The position numbers and the translations under genes were made by a program. The notes beneath the pieces are model-generated. The model did not search any database, had not been told where the DNA came from, and worked only from the letters and a program-made list of their open reading frames with translations. A stretch of 64,000 bases of DNA from Neoconidiobolus thromboides FSU 785 (lineage: Eukaryota; Fungi; Entomophthoromycota): the NCBI GenBank assembly GCA_025603075.1, contig MU626266.1, positions 151,325 to 215,324 of the forward strand, given 5' to 3'. This document shows positions 26,180 through 38,894 of the stretch, piece by piece. The first letter of the stretch is position 1. Every line of letters begins with the position of its first letter.

Positions 26180-26286
26180 ATATGGGGATGTATTTTTGTG
26201 TTTAAGAATTTTACCAACAAAATTTCCGCTTAAATGGCGCTTAGAAAATGGAAAAAATAATGAAGTCAAAAAAAACACTCTCATAT
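26180..26286 (+). mobile_element. MITE family 1 copy
   Basis: ATAT|GGGGATGT...ACACTCTC|ATAT. Confidence 0.9.
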
Positions 26287-26813
26287 TTTGAAAACTAAAA
26301 AAACGATTGTATAACCTAGTTTATTATTACACTATCTATTTGTATTTTTGAAATGAATATAAGGCATGGCCAAGTTTTAAATTAAATAACTCAATAAACT
26401 ATGCACTATTCCACTACTTTTAGACTCTTTTTTAAATAACAGAAATTTATATTAAATTGAGAGCAATTACTTAACCTGAGTTTTAAGATAAATGTTGGGA
26501 CAGACACATTTGCAAAACTAAATTTGTGAGTATTTTTTAGTAAAACCATTTAATATAAACTACATGAAGGTTTTTTATATGAGCTATTGCTTCAAAAGCA
26601 ATCATTTATCAAATCTTATTTTTATAAATTTAAAAATCATAATAAAAATTAAAAGTAAATTTTGCTAAATTCAAAATCTATAGAGTTAAGTAATTGTCTT
26701 GTCTGTTTCAACATAGTAATCTTCTATAGGCTATTTCCTTAATTTATAAAAATAGCTAACTCTTAGTCCAACTAGCTATTCTTTAAATATAAACCCACTT
26801 TAACAAAATAAAA

Positions 26814-26916
26814 ATATGTGGACATTTTTTTGATTTTATTACTTCCGTTTTTAAGCGCTATTTGGAGTGCAAAGATTGTTAGTAAAATTCTTAGGCAAAA
26901 AAATACATTCCCATAT
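26814..26916 (-). mobile_element. MITE family 1 copy
   Basis: ATAT|GTGGACAT...ACATTCCC|ATAT. Confidence 0.85.
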
Positions 26917-27269
26917 GTATGTATATATATTAATTCTCATCACCTGCTCTACCTAGTCATTAAACTATTCACTATCGTTTTTTACTGTAACTACTTTTTA
27001 TAATTTCAAAAGACTATACTATAAAGATAAAAAGGTCACCATAGGTCTAATTGAATAAAATATTAAATTTCATAACTATCTATTTAATTATGAATTATCA
27101 TTTTGCTATATATCCACATTCTTATAAAAATGATTAGTTTTGTGCTTTCTAATTTTAACTTTTTAAACCTTAAATTTTTTATAAAAATTATTTTCATGTA
27201 TAAGAATATAAAACATCATTTATTATATACCAACCCTTTCAAGAATGAACAATACTTATATCAATAAAC

Positions 27270-27537
27270 ATATGGGGATGTTTTCACCAACTGTCCTTTT
27301 TTTGCTGTTTTTAAATTTAGAATTAGCCAATACACTGTTCAAGCTTAGATGTATGCTAGTCAACTGTTCATTTTAAAATGAAAGTTAAATTAATCCTCAA
27401 ATCAAAATGACAGAACAAATAGCTGATCATAAAATTGATCATTTGTCAGTGCACATTCGAACTTAAACAGCTGCATTGGTTAATTAGCTCCAAAATTCAA
27501 AACAGCAAAAGGGCAATAAGTAAAAAATATTCTTAAG
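27270..27537 (-). mobile_element. MITE family 2 copy (~270 bp, long TIRs, family-1-like tips)
   Basis: Starts ATAT|GGGGATGTTTT; ~90-bp imperfect arms; reverse complement aligns end to end with 43666-43941. Confidence 0.8.
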
Positions 27538-27741
27538 AATAAAATTTATTGCAATTTGGAGTTTTTTTCTTATTTTAATTCTACTATTTTTATAATTAAA
27601 AGCGTTATATTTGAATTTAGTTCAAAAGTTACACTTTTAGACTATTTAAGAAGACTTAAAAATATTGAAGTAGTGACAATGACAATGTTAACTTTGTATC
27701 CTAAAAATCACAATTTAGAAGAACTTGCAAAAGTAATTCTA

Positions 27742-27814
27742 TGCTCCCTGTGGGGATCGAACCCACGACCTTGAGATTATGAGACTCACGCGCTGCCAGC
27801 TGCGCCAAAGAAGC
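27742..27814 (-). tRNA. tRNA-Met (CAT), elongator type, intronless
   Basis: Reverse complement GCTTCTTTGGCGCAGCTGGCAGCGCGTGAGTCTCATAATCTCAAGGTCGTGGGTTCGATCCCCACAGGGAGCA: cloverleaf, CTCATAA anticodon loop (27779-27781), GGTTCGA T-loop; acceptor stem is not the initiator type. Confidence 0.96.
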
Positions 27815-27895
27815 TATTCGTTGTTTAACTAAATAGTGAGACTTAATTAAACATCATTGTCTTTTGCTCCAATTGATATCATACTAACAATAAAC

Positions 27896-28001
27896 ATATG
27901 GGTGTGTATTTTTGACTCCATCACTTTTTCAATTTTTTAAACACTATTTAAGTAGAAAATTTGTTAGTAAAATTCTTAAATACAAAAATATATCCCCATA
28001 T
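27896..28001 (-). mobile_element. MITE family 1 copy
   Basis: ATAT|GGGTGTGT...ATATCCCC|ATAT. Confidence 0.87.
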
Positions 28002-28182
28002 ATTACACAAATTTGAAAAAAAAATATTAAAAATATTAAAATATCAAAAGAGTTTATAATAATAGTAATTATAATTAAAGCTTAGTTTAAGAAAGTTCAA
28101 ACAATATTACTTTATAAAACAAAAACTTGAAAAAAACTAAATGATAATAATTTTTTAGCCACTTTCAATAAAAATAACACTT

Positions 28183-28287
28183 ATATAGGGATGTATTTTT
28201 GTGTTTAACAATTTTACTAACAATTTTTCCACTTAAATAGTGCTTAAAAAATAGAAAAACTAATGAAACCGAAAAACACCCTCGTAT
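28183..28287 (+). mobile_element. MITE family 1 copy
   Basis: ATAT|AGGGATGT...ACACCCTC|GTAT. Confidence 0.88.
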
Positions 28288-29028
28288 AATGAATTAATAG
28301 AAAAAAATTATAGATAATAATAGAAAATATAAAGTAAAACAATTTATTTTTTAATATATTATATAAAATAATTAAAATACAACTATTAATTAAAATTATG
28401 TTAAAGTATGATTTAATAGCATTATATAAGCTCCATTTTGATTAGCCTTAGATTTATTATAATGATTTTTTTAGTTGCCAAAATTTGGAATTATTAAACA
28501 ACTTTATTATAATGTTAATTTATATTTTAATTTAATAAAATATTTTTTAACTAAAAATATCAAAATTCAAATTCAAAATTTATTTTCATTTTTATTTTTA
28601 TTTTTCAATCTTTGTAGTAGAATTTCCTAAAAAAAGAGAGCTGTTTCTGGAAATACTAATGTCTTTTTTAATAAGTTATTTAGTCTAATAAAGTAGGTTG
28701 AATAATAGCATATTGTTTTTGAACTTTATTGTAAAAAATATTTGATAAAATTAGTATCATAATTATGCATTATTTATTAAACTATTCAAAACAAAATAAT
28801 TTATTAAAATGATAGAACCAATTATGGTTACTCTATTTCCATAAGCATACAATTTTTTATTGTTTTTATATAGTTTTACTTTAAAATAAAACTTAAATTC
28901 AGTAGCAAGGATTGAAGTGAGTATATAAAGAGGCTTAACATACTTTAATCAAAACTATCCCTACTGTTTTCATGTTAATTATGGTTGTGCTTCTTCTATA
29001 TTTTACTTATTACTATTAACAGTTTAGT

Positions 29029-29134
29029 ATACGGGGACATTTTTATGGTTTCTTTGGTTTCTCTATCTTTTAAGCGCTATTTGAGTGGAAAGGTTATTAG
29101 CAAAATTCCTAAACACAAAAATACATCCCCATAC
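29029..29134 (-). mobile_element. MITE family 1 copy with ATAC target duplication
   Basis: ATAC|GGGGACAT...ACATCCCC|ATAC. Confidence 0.9.
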
Positions 29135-29602
29135 TATTATCTGATTTTGCTTTATTAAGTACATTGATCTTATCTGGTTTTAGTACCAATATTTAATATT
29201 TTTGTAAAGGTAGTAGTTACCAAAGAAGGTAAGCTTAAAAACGCTGCGTAATATTGTGTTAACATTATCTAGCTTTAGGCTGCTTTCAGTGTATTCGAAT
29301 GCCGGGATATTAGGAGTAAATACAAAGCCCTTATTTAAGGCCTTTTTAGTAGTCTTTGTAATTTAAAACAACCAAGGCCTTTTTTTATCAGAACCAAAAA
29401 AATTTATGGGTATTATTGAACTTAACATATTAATTCATTTACTCAAAGTCTGACTTCAGTGTTAGTATTGATGTTAAACTAGGCCTAATTTAGAACTAGG
29501 ATTAGAGATATAATCTTTATCCTAAAAATTTTGCTGTTTTATATTATATTTTATGATCAACTCCTTTTTGAAATTTTTGAAATATTATACTCGTAGTAAA
29601 AG

Positions 29603-29696
29603 ACATGGGGATGTTTTTTGATTTCATTACTTTTTCCATTTTTGAGCCCTACTTGAGTGGAAATTTTTTAGCAAAATCCTTAAAATAGATCCACAT
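29603..29696 (-). mobile_element. MITE family 1 copy
   Basis: ACAT|GGGGATGT...AGATCC|ACAT. Confidence 0.8.
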
Positions 29697-31996
29697 ACCT
29701 GTTATCAAATTTGCTTGTAAAAATAGCAGCGTAAATTAAGACAAATCCTCAAAAGGGGGCCTTGCCGGAACAACTCTTTTTAATTCTTGTTATACCGAAA
29801 CATGCAAAACCAAGATGGCTATCATTGATTTTACATTAATTATAGAGTATTGTAATGTGGGATGATCACAAGAAAGCTCAGAAACAATAGTTTATATGGT
29901 GTTATTTACTAATTTAGTGCTAAAGATTCTAATAAAAAGTAATTTAATAAAAGCAATAGCTTAAGTTACCATTTTTAATATAAATAATTTGTGGCATTTA
30001 GCATTTATATTTAATAAACAGAGTGCTAAATAAGAAAATGGTGGCTATTATGAATCATGTATATAGCTAGTTTATTTAGCATATACAATATCATAGACCA
30101 AATACAAAATTAGTATTATTGTCTCTTTTAGTAAATAATATAATATTTTTTTGCTTAAATATAATTAATAATGTATTGAGTATTTGGCCTAAAATGTTTT
30201 ATTAAAAGTTTTATCTAGCATAATATTCTGTTTTAAATTTCAACTATGACTAATCACAATGGAGATTGGCAGTGTATGTGTGGATTTTTAGCAAAATATT
30301 ATAATGAAACTAAAATTTGAGCCTTAATTTTGACCAAAAAGTTAGCAATAGAATTAATATTTTTGAGATAGTATTCTTTAAGCATATTTTATTTAATTTA
30401 AAAGCTTGTTGATCGCAAACAAAAGATATTGTAATTTTCGGTTAAAAATCGTGTTTATGGTCGCTGCTTTATAAAAATAAGTTTTCTTTTAAAAGTAATT
30501 ATCTTAATATAGTTAGTATAATTTGATTTACATTACCTTAGTATTCTTAAATTTAAGGTAAATTTACAAAAATCTTATTTGATTTTTTGGATTATGATCT
30601 CAGTGAGGAGAAAATCTAAGACAATATTTAATTTAAGACTGCAAATTTTGTCAATTTTTTGCATTATCACTCTATCTAGCCAAATTTTTATTTTGAAAAC
30701 TTAATTGAAACAAAATCCAACTTCAAACTCTTGTATCTAAATTATATTGCTATACAATTTGATTAAAACTAGTTAGCGGATACTGAATTATGGCGTTTAA
30801 AGAAAATAAATTAATCAAGGCTAAAAAGTACAGAAGAAAACTCATTAGTATTATCGGCGCACCCACTAGCAAGTATCAAAGCGGTTAAATTTACTACTGT
30901 ATTGCTCTATTATTTTTGCGATTTATGACCATCTTTAGAAAACCACCTTTTGTTACCACTTTGATATGAATTTTGATTAATTGAAACTTATTCATTACAT
31001 AATATTTAGCTGTGTTTATTTGGTTGCTTATAGGCTAATCTGCTTTTCTTTTATGTGATTTCATTAATCCTTCTAGATTTTGTGGTAACCTAATTTTATT
31101 TTTTAGTTTATTGGGCAAGTGAACGCAAAAATTGTTATAGCTTGATTTCATATATAAATTATATCTTTTACTTTTAAGTTTTTCATAATTGGCCAAAACT
31201 AAAATTTATTTATATGTATGTTTTTTTATTTAGCATAGTTTTGTCTAATTTATTTTTATATATTTTCATTGAATGGAATAAACTTAAATTAATAAAAATA
31301 TTTAACTTTGCTAACATGTTTAAAAACAGAATAAAATGCTTGAATGATTTTTTGCCATATATAGAAAGTATCGAATCTTTAAAATAAGCATGAATATCAC
31401 TAATTGGCATTTAAATAAGCCCTTCCGTTTAACTTTAAAATTTATTAACAATAGATAGTATTACAGTCATTTAAAAATATACTAAATTTTGTTTATAATT
31501 TATTTTTAGAGAATTTAATTTTACTTTAATAATCGAATAAACTGTCAAATTGAGAATAATTTATTATTGTTTATATAACATTATACTATAATTATTATAA
31601 TAGTAATTATGAAGTACTTAAAGTAGTAATTTATTTTTAACTCTCAAATTTTATCTTAATATGAAATCACCGCTTTTACTCTTTTAAAAACCGATATTTA
31701 ACATATCAATTTCTTTCGATATTTAATATAAAACCAATACACATCTTTACAACTTTGAGGCATTCCTTTTTATTATTAATAATAGTAAGCCATTTCGATA
31801 TTTACTTAATATGAACTTGAACCTTAATTTAAAAAACATTTGATTATATTTGGATTGCATAAAACTTCTATTTTTGGGGTTTTGTTAATAAAGTGCGCAA
31901 AAAAATAGTATAAATAGAGTTGAAATGAAATAAGAAAATTTCAATAAGCTATTGTTATTGACATCTGTAATTTAATACTGCTATTTATTTCAAAAA

Positions 31997-32503
31997 ATGG
32001 ATTACTCAACTACTACTCCTTCATTTTACGCTAACCAGTATGATTCTAATTTATTATGTTCTCCTGAAAGTGAATTAAGTTATAATAACGATCCAATGAT
32101 ATTTTCTAATGATTATTCAATGAACAATACTAGCTACTACAATAACTTGATAGATTTAAATTCAAACAGATTTATCTCATATCAGCCTGTAAATTGTTTA
32201 ATAGCACCAACTTATTCACCTGTTTCATTGTTTTCATCAGAAACAATGAATAACCATATAGAAAGTGATATTAAAAAACAAAGAAAGGAAATAATAAAAC
32301 AAAGGATACAAAACAAATATTATAATAAGTATAGATCTTATAATAGCAAACCAAATAACAAACATCAAAGTAATAATATATTAAAAAGATGTATTAATAA
32401 TCATATTGCTATCCCTAATTCTTTGAGTTGTAACATTAAATCGGCTTCAAATATAAACACATTACATTCCTTTCAAGTTGCTAATCCCTGGCACCCCTAT
32501 TAA
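31997..32503 (+). CDS. Hypothetical N/S/Y-rich low-complexity protein with a basic patch
   Basis: 168-aa ATG-initiated ORF (AAAAATGG context) isolated in very AT-rich DNA; no domain recognised. Confidence 0.55.
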   Translation: MDYSTTTPSFYANQYDSNLLCSPESELSYNNDPMIFSNDYSMNNTSYYNNLIDLNSNRFISYQPVNCLIAPTYSPVSLFSSETMNNHIESDIKKQRKEIIKQRIQNKYYNKYRSYNSKPNNKHQSNNILKRCINNHIAIPNSLSCNIKSASNINTLHSFQVANPWHPY

Positions 32504-33448
32504 GCTAGTTTAAATGATTTTTCAATGTTTGCCTATCTCTATATTGTACTGTTTCTATTTTGGTGTAAATAAATTAAAACAAAATTTTCAATTAATACCA
32601 TTTTTTATTCTCAATGATTTAATTATTTGTATATTATTGAGTTTGAATTACCACCCTTAATTTTTATATGAATTACAATTTAATTTATTGACATAATTTA
32701 TCCATTTTTTATTCTTTGAATTTGTTTGATTTTAATTTTGTTAATTTTCTTATATCATACTATTGTTTTAACATTGATCAACTTAAATAATATAATAAGA
32801 GTATTTTATGGTGTATTATCGTATATTATTTATAATATTGTAGTATTTTATCTATTAATTAGTGATAAAGGAGAACAATCTCGACATTTAAATGTAATAT
32901 AAAATTATAAAATGATAAAAATTATACAAATTATGGGCTATTTTTAACATTAGTCAATTTGTGCAGCTTTTCTTACTAAATTTAGATAATACTATTTTCA
33001 TAAAATTAAATGGTAAAAACAAATCAAACTGTTATTTTTTACAAATATAACAGTGCGGAAAAAGCTTACAGTCAAGTGGAGAAAATCTCTAAATGTTTAT
33101 TGATACATCTGATACATTTCTTCCTCTGAAATTCGGGGTTAAGACCTTTAGAGGGGTGATCAAAGGTAAAAGCCCATAAGGGCGTGTATTTGCTGTATTG
33201 CTATCTTTGCTTGAAATTTTCGGTTGTTAAAGCGATCAAAAAGGCTGCTTTTTAAGCAAGGGACAAAATTGAATAAAAATAAATTAGTGTTAGGTTTCTA
33301 AATCATTTTTTAGTAACTGTACCGATAATCACTAAATAAATCATAAATTTTAGTCTAATTTAATTTGAAATGTAACGTTTTAAATTAAGCATCGATGCTA
33401 TAAAATTGCTTTTTAAAGGCAATGATCGATATGCTAAAATAATTTAAT

Positions 33449-33554
33449 ATCTGGGGCTGTTTTTTTTGGTTTCATTATTTTTCCGTTTTTTAAGCGCTAT
33501 CTGAGTGGAAAATTTGTTAGTAAAATTCTTAAACACAAAAATACATCCTCATCT
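33449..33554 (-). mobile_element. MITE family 1 copy with ATCT target duplication
   Basis: ATCT|GGGGCTGT...ACATCCTC|ATCT. Confidence 0.9.
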
Positions 33555-33804
33555 ATAAAATTAATCTTTCATAATAGCATTTTAAAAATAGGGCTTTTAG
33601 CGTAATACCGGTATGCTGCTTTATATAGTTAATTATAAATACTTTTTTTTTGCAGGAAGGTTGTTATAGTGGGCTGTTTATTTTAAACCATTCTTTAAAA
33701 TAGTTTATTTGGTTTTGATTTAAAAGATAAAATTTGGAGTTCAAAATTGAGGAACTTTTAAACAAAACATTTACTTTTCCCGAAGTGGACCTTACAAGTT
33801 TACT

Positions 33805-33906
33805 ATATGGGGATGTATTTTTATGTTAAGACTTTTACTAACAATTTTTCCGCTCAAATAGTACTTAAGATGGAAAGCAATGAAGCCAAAAAAAACATCC
33901 TCATAT
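33805..33906 (+). mobile_element. MITE family 1 copy
   Basis: ATAT|GGGGATGT...ACATCCTC|ATAT. Confidence 0.88.
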
Positions 33907-36061
33907 TCTCTAATTTAGTATTTAGTATTTAGCTTTCTTCAAGCATACTTATGATTTTTATTTTTTATATAATTTTTATAGATAATTTTAATATACATCT
34001 CAGAAGCCATTGACCTTTAAAATTTAAAGCAATTTATTGTTACAAAATATTCACATTTCTAATTATTTTAACTATTTTAGAAATAAAGCTGATTTTACAC
34101 CGATTTATAATTAAATAAAAAGTTGGTTATGAAATGCTGGGACGTGGTATATTTATTCAGGTATGGTTTATTCTGATATGTTTTCACTATAAGGTGAGAT
34201 GTTAACAGAGAAAGATGTGTGCTTTTTAAATTTACAAGAGGATTTATGTTCAATTTTGTTTCAGTAACTTGAACCATTATGTGATGTTTGATGTTTAATA
34301 ATAAAAAAACCTTAAAAATTCATATATAGACTCATATATTATAAATCACTTTAAATTCTTTTTATAAATGATACAATTTAAACACAATTAAAATTCTTTA
34401 CTGATCCCATTTTTAGCTTTTAATATATATGTTAAGTTAAAATTTCATGTAATATACGATATCATTATTTATTTCATGAACTAATTAGTGCCGTTTTTTA
34501 GACTTAAATATTAAACATTATGATTTATAAAACCAGTCTTTATATGCGACTATTATTTTTGTTCCAGTATTTACCAAATATAGTTCGGCTTATGCCTGAT
34601 TTAGAAAGCTTTCATCAGATAGTCTCCTTTTCTTCCCATTGTAAAGTCTTACCTCCTCTCTTCTCTTTTCCTATTTAACATATATTCCCGAAACAAAACA
34701 CTATTCGTTTCGGATAAGGATAAAAAACACTTTATGTTATATAAAAACGAACACAAATAAATGATACTAAAAAATAAAGTCCCAATTTATCTCAAATAAT
34801 AAAAATACTATACTTTATATACCAATTACTCTTTTGTTATCAAATTATAGCTAAAATTTTTAGCACCATATGGGTGAAATAATATTATACAGAAAATATA
34901 TATGAAAAAGGATAACTATTAAGCAATAATTTATTTGATCATTAAAGTGATTTCAGTATTTTGTTTAGCCTTGGTTTTACCACGCATTTCATATTTTTAT
35001 ATTGTTTCCTTAGTTTGCAGAAGATAGTCTCGAACTTAGTTCAATTTCTGGCATAGCATTACCTATAAAGCTATATTGATTCCAGAATAAATATCAAACT
35101 GCCTACTGGAACCTCTTCTTCAAGCTTTGACTTTAAATCTACTCTTCAACTTTTTATATGTCTTAATTAGTAGTAGTTGAAAAATAGGATCAAGGCAGAA
35201 GGGTATGAAATTGAATATTTTAGGCAATGCTGATCCTATGCAGGCCAAACATCTAAGTACTCATTGGATAACCTAGTGAAGCTGGTATGTATTCGTGTAA
35301 CAACACTAAAGTATATGTTAGGATCATAATAAATGAGCATAATGCTCTAAATGAAAGTCAAATTATCTATGTAAAAATTTACCAAAAGCTAAGTCCTTAA
35401 TCCCATTTTTGTTATACTTTTCATAGTCTTATTAGGTGTTTCTATTCTTCTAAAAAACATACTTTTCAATAATAACCATAATTTTGTCTAATTTGATCTC
35501 AACCAAAATTATGATAATTATCAAGTCATTATGATAATGGTATGAATAAGCTAAAATACCAGTAAATTGAAGGCTCTAGTACAACTTTTATTAGAGCTAG
35601 AAACATAATATCACCCATTTTCAACATACCCAAGTTTTCTAAGAACTACTTATGAAATTTAATAGACATTTAGATTATCTTAGTCATGTATTCTGATAAA
35701 ATTGTAGCAAAAGTAAACAATCTGTCAAAAGTATAATTTAGTATAATGTTTCTATCATTTCAATGTTGTTTTTTTTCTGTGGAATAGTTTGTTGTAACTT
35801 AATAGCAACACAACCATTAAAGAAGGGATGTAATGAAGAGGAAATGAAAGGTACAGTTTAATAAACAAACATATTATTGCACTTAGCGACTCGGTGTACC
35901 TTTTTATCTATAAACAAGTTATATGTAGCTATATATTACAGTATCATATGGCTTTTTGTAAACATAGTGAAACACAATTAATCAATTGCCACCAATGGAT
36001 ATATGAAAATTACAATTAATATATATGATATCAATCTGTCGAAAGCACTATATTAAAGCAT

Positions 36062-36280
36062 ATTATTGTCACTACAAGCAAAAACGCAAAGTAGACACGG
36101 ATTTTTGATATTACTGGGGAGTAATATGAGTAAATATATTCATATTCTGGATCTATACTCATATTTTAAAAGGCAGGTGTTAAAATTGTAAATAAATCAT
36201 ACATTTTTTAGCCCCATTTTTATTCTCCTGGCTTTGAGATTTTATATTCCTTATTCGTGCTTGTAGGTAGTTACAATACT
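36062..36280. mobile_element. Possible foldback element related to 20441-20633
   Basis: ATTATTGTCACTACAAGCA vs TGCTTGTAGGTAGTTACAATACT; shares ATTATTGTCAC with the 20633 arm. Confidence 0.35.
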
Positions 36281-37279
36281 TTATTACATAAATAAAATTT
36301 CGGTGAACTTTTATTGCTCCATTTCATATCGGCTCAAAATAACGTACTTATTTAGCTATTAAATACTTCATGACTATTGGAAAATAAATATTATATCACT
36401 ATAGTATTCAATTAAGTTTTAAATTTAATATTTACTGTGTTAAATTTCAAATAGAGGTAAAAAAATATCATGAAATTAACCAATTATTAAAGTTAGACTA
36501 AGTGTAAACTAAAGGTTTTTTAAAACCTTTTATAAAGTTCAATTTCCCGACTATTAGGCCTCAAATCTTCTTGGTCATCATAATATTTCTTTTTTGTATC
36601 ACGTACTTACTTTTTAGCCATTTAGTTACTTATAATCAAATGTACTTGAATTTCCAAATATTATTTTTGTATCGTTATATAGTGATGGACAGGTTAAGTC
36701 TATTTTTATTAACTTTATCGCTTTTTGCTTATATTTAAAAAATTTACAAAACGAAATTCTTTTGGTTGATATTAAATATATCTTAGCTTTATTTTTAAAA
36801 ATAATTGTCAATTGAAACTTGATTAAATTAATTAAAATACTTAAAGTTAATACGATATTGACTTGGGTGTGTCCAGAGTAAGAGCCAGGGACTAAATATC
36901 GATTTTTCAGAAACTCACTAGTGAAAAGTATGTTTCTTTATAGGTGCCGTTATACCACATCTTTACATAATATATTCTTTTTAAATACAAATAAAAGAAT
37001 AATAAGTTATTATATAGACTCACTTTTATTTGTTACTGTGTAAACACATTTGAAAACGGTTTTTTTTAAATGACTTACTATTTTAGATTTTTTTAAATAT
37101 AAGGGCTAACTAAATACCATATTACATCATATATAGTAATATAATATCACAAACATCATAAATCTTTTATAAAAAACAACTATATTTATTGAACTAATTT
37201 TTTTCAAAATAAAAAGCCTTAAAGGTTTCAAATATTTAAATTGGATTAGTTTAACAAATAGCTTGTCCTGATTTTGACC

Positions 37280-37481
37280 TTAACCACTTGAGTACCATGA
37301 CTGAGCTCTATTTGGGAAATTTTAATTAAAATTCAATTATGACAAACTCTGCTTGCATGGTTTGAATTAAATCAGCCCTTCAAATGTCAAAAAGTGTTGA
37401 TTTAATTGGCATAAAATAAATTTGATATCATAATTCACTTAAACATTAAAAATTTGAGAGGTCCGGTACTCAAAGGGTTAA
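37280..37481. mobile_element. piggyBac-type MITE (194 bp) with TTAA target duplication
   Basis: TTAA|CCACTTGAGTACC ... GGTACTCAAAGGG|TTAA: 13-bp TIR with 2 mismatches, flanked by TTAA on both sides. Confidence 0.8.
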
Positions 37482-38067
37482 GAATAAAAATACAAAATAA
37501 CACAACTTATAAAACTGATTTTATAATTTATACTTTAACTATCTGAATATTTACTAAACTTTATCGTCATATCAAAACTTATACTTTTATTTAATTTGTT
37601 TTTTATTATATTTGTTATTATTTTATAGTTTATCAATAGACATTTTATGCTTGTGAATTTTATATAATACGTTAACAACATGACATTTTTATAAATTTAG
37701 ATTTATCTTAGCTGTATAAATTAACGCTTTTTGATTTATAACTGATTAAGTTAAAACTGTTTCTAGCTTTAATTACATTAAATAGCTTTTATATTTTTTC
37801 TACAATATTTTAGTACATAACCACTCTATCAGCTTTATTTAAAATTATAATATTGTAGATAATAACTATTTTTATTTACAAAAAAAGGCACTTTATTATA
37901 TAACTAAATCTCAACTTTATTTATGTTTTTAGCTTTTTAATGTAAGATATTTTTGATTTTCTTTAGCTAGATTAGATAATATTAGAATATAAATATTTTA
38001 CTTATCTGTTTTAATGATTATTGCTAATATAGCTTTGTATCTTATTAAATAATTTTTTCAATATTTC

Positions 38068-38173
38068 ATATGGGGTGTATTTTTGTGTCTAACAATTTTA
38101 CTAACAATTTCTCTACTTAAATAGCGCTTGGAAGGTGGAAAAAGTAATGAAGCCAAAAAAGACATCCCCATAT
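38068..38173 (+). mobile_element. MITE family 1 copy
   Basis: ATAT|GGGGTGT...ACATCCCC|ATAT. Confidence 0.88.
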
Positions 38174-38319
38174 ATTTTTTTGATAAACTATTATAAGCTT
38201 TTTTTTAATTCTTAGCTTTTATAATTAGTATAAAATAACTAAACTTTAATATATGTTCAAAAAATTAACTTAAATAACTTTTTATTTTTTTACTTAGTAT
38301 TGCTTATATTTCTAACTTA

Positions 38320-38423
38320 ATATAGGAGTGTTTTCTTCGATTTCATTACTTTTCCATTTTTTGAGCGCTATTTGAGCAAAAATTGTTATTAAAATTCTTA
38401 AACACAAAAATACATCCTCATAT
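38320..38423 (-). mobile_element. MITE family 1 copy
   Basis: ATAT|AGGAGTGT...ACATCCTC|ATAT. Confidence 0.88.
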
Positions 38424-38521
38424 TATAAATATTTATAAAATTAGTTATAAAAAGTTTTAATAATAATTAAAGATTTAAGTTTTACTATATTAAAAATCTA
38501 AATTTATATAATTTTTTTTAG

Positions 38522-38620
38522 TATAAAGTGATACATTTTTTATTCAAGAATTTTACTAGTAGATTTTTCACTCAAATAATATTCAAAAAATAAAAATTTA
38601 TACTAAAACACTACTTAATA
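38522..38620 (+). mobile_element. MITE family 1, degenerate copy
   Basis: TTCAAGAATTTTACTAGTAGATTTTTCACTCAAATAAT core. Confidence 0.5.
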
Positions 38621-38788
38621 TAATGGAAAAAATTAAAAAATATTTTACAATAAAGAGCTAAAAATGTATGTAGTATTTAAAATTTAGGTATGTATTATTT
38701 TATTATATTTTTAAATAAAGATAGTTTATATAGCATTATAATTTTAGATAAAGCTGATAATTAATAAGCTTTAATTTATAAGCATAAA

Positions 38789-38894
38789 ATATGGGAGTGT
38801 TTTTTTTGACTTCATTATTTTTTCCATTTTTTAAGCACTATTTGAGTGGAAAGGTTGTTAGTAAAATTCTTAACACAAAAAAACACCCTCATAT
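38789..38894 (-). mobile_element. MITE family 1 copy
   Basis: ATAT|GGGAGTGT...ACACCCTC|ATAT. Confidence 0.9.

Noticed and set aside
25053-27288. Shared 12-mer GATGTTTTCACC at the S41 insertion flank and at the family-2 left end
   Set aside because: At 25053 it is coding sequence (VKTS on the minus strand) and at 27277 it is part of the family-2 TIR; best explained as coincidence.
27556-27774. 72-aa track ORF
   Set aside because: TTG start, low complexity, and its 3' end is the antisense of tRNA-Met.
27742-28001. MITE about 80 bp upstream of tRNA-Met suggesting Pol III-targeted insertion
   Set aside because: Single case; more than 30 other copies are not near tRNA genes.
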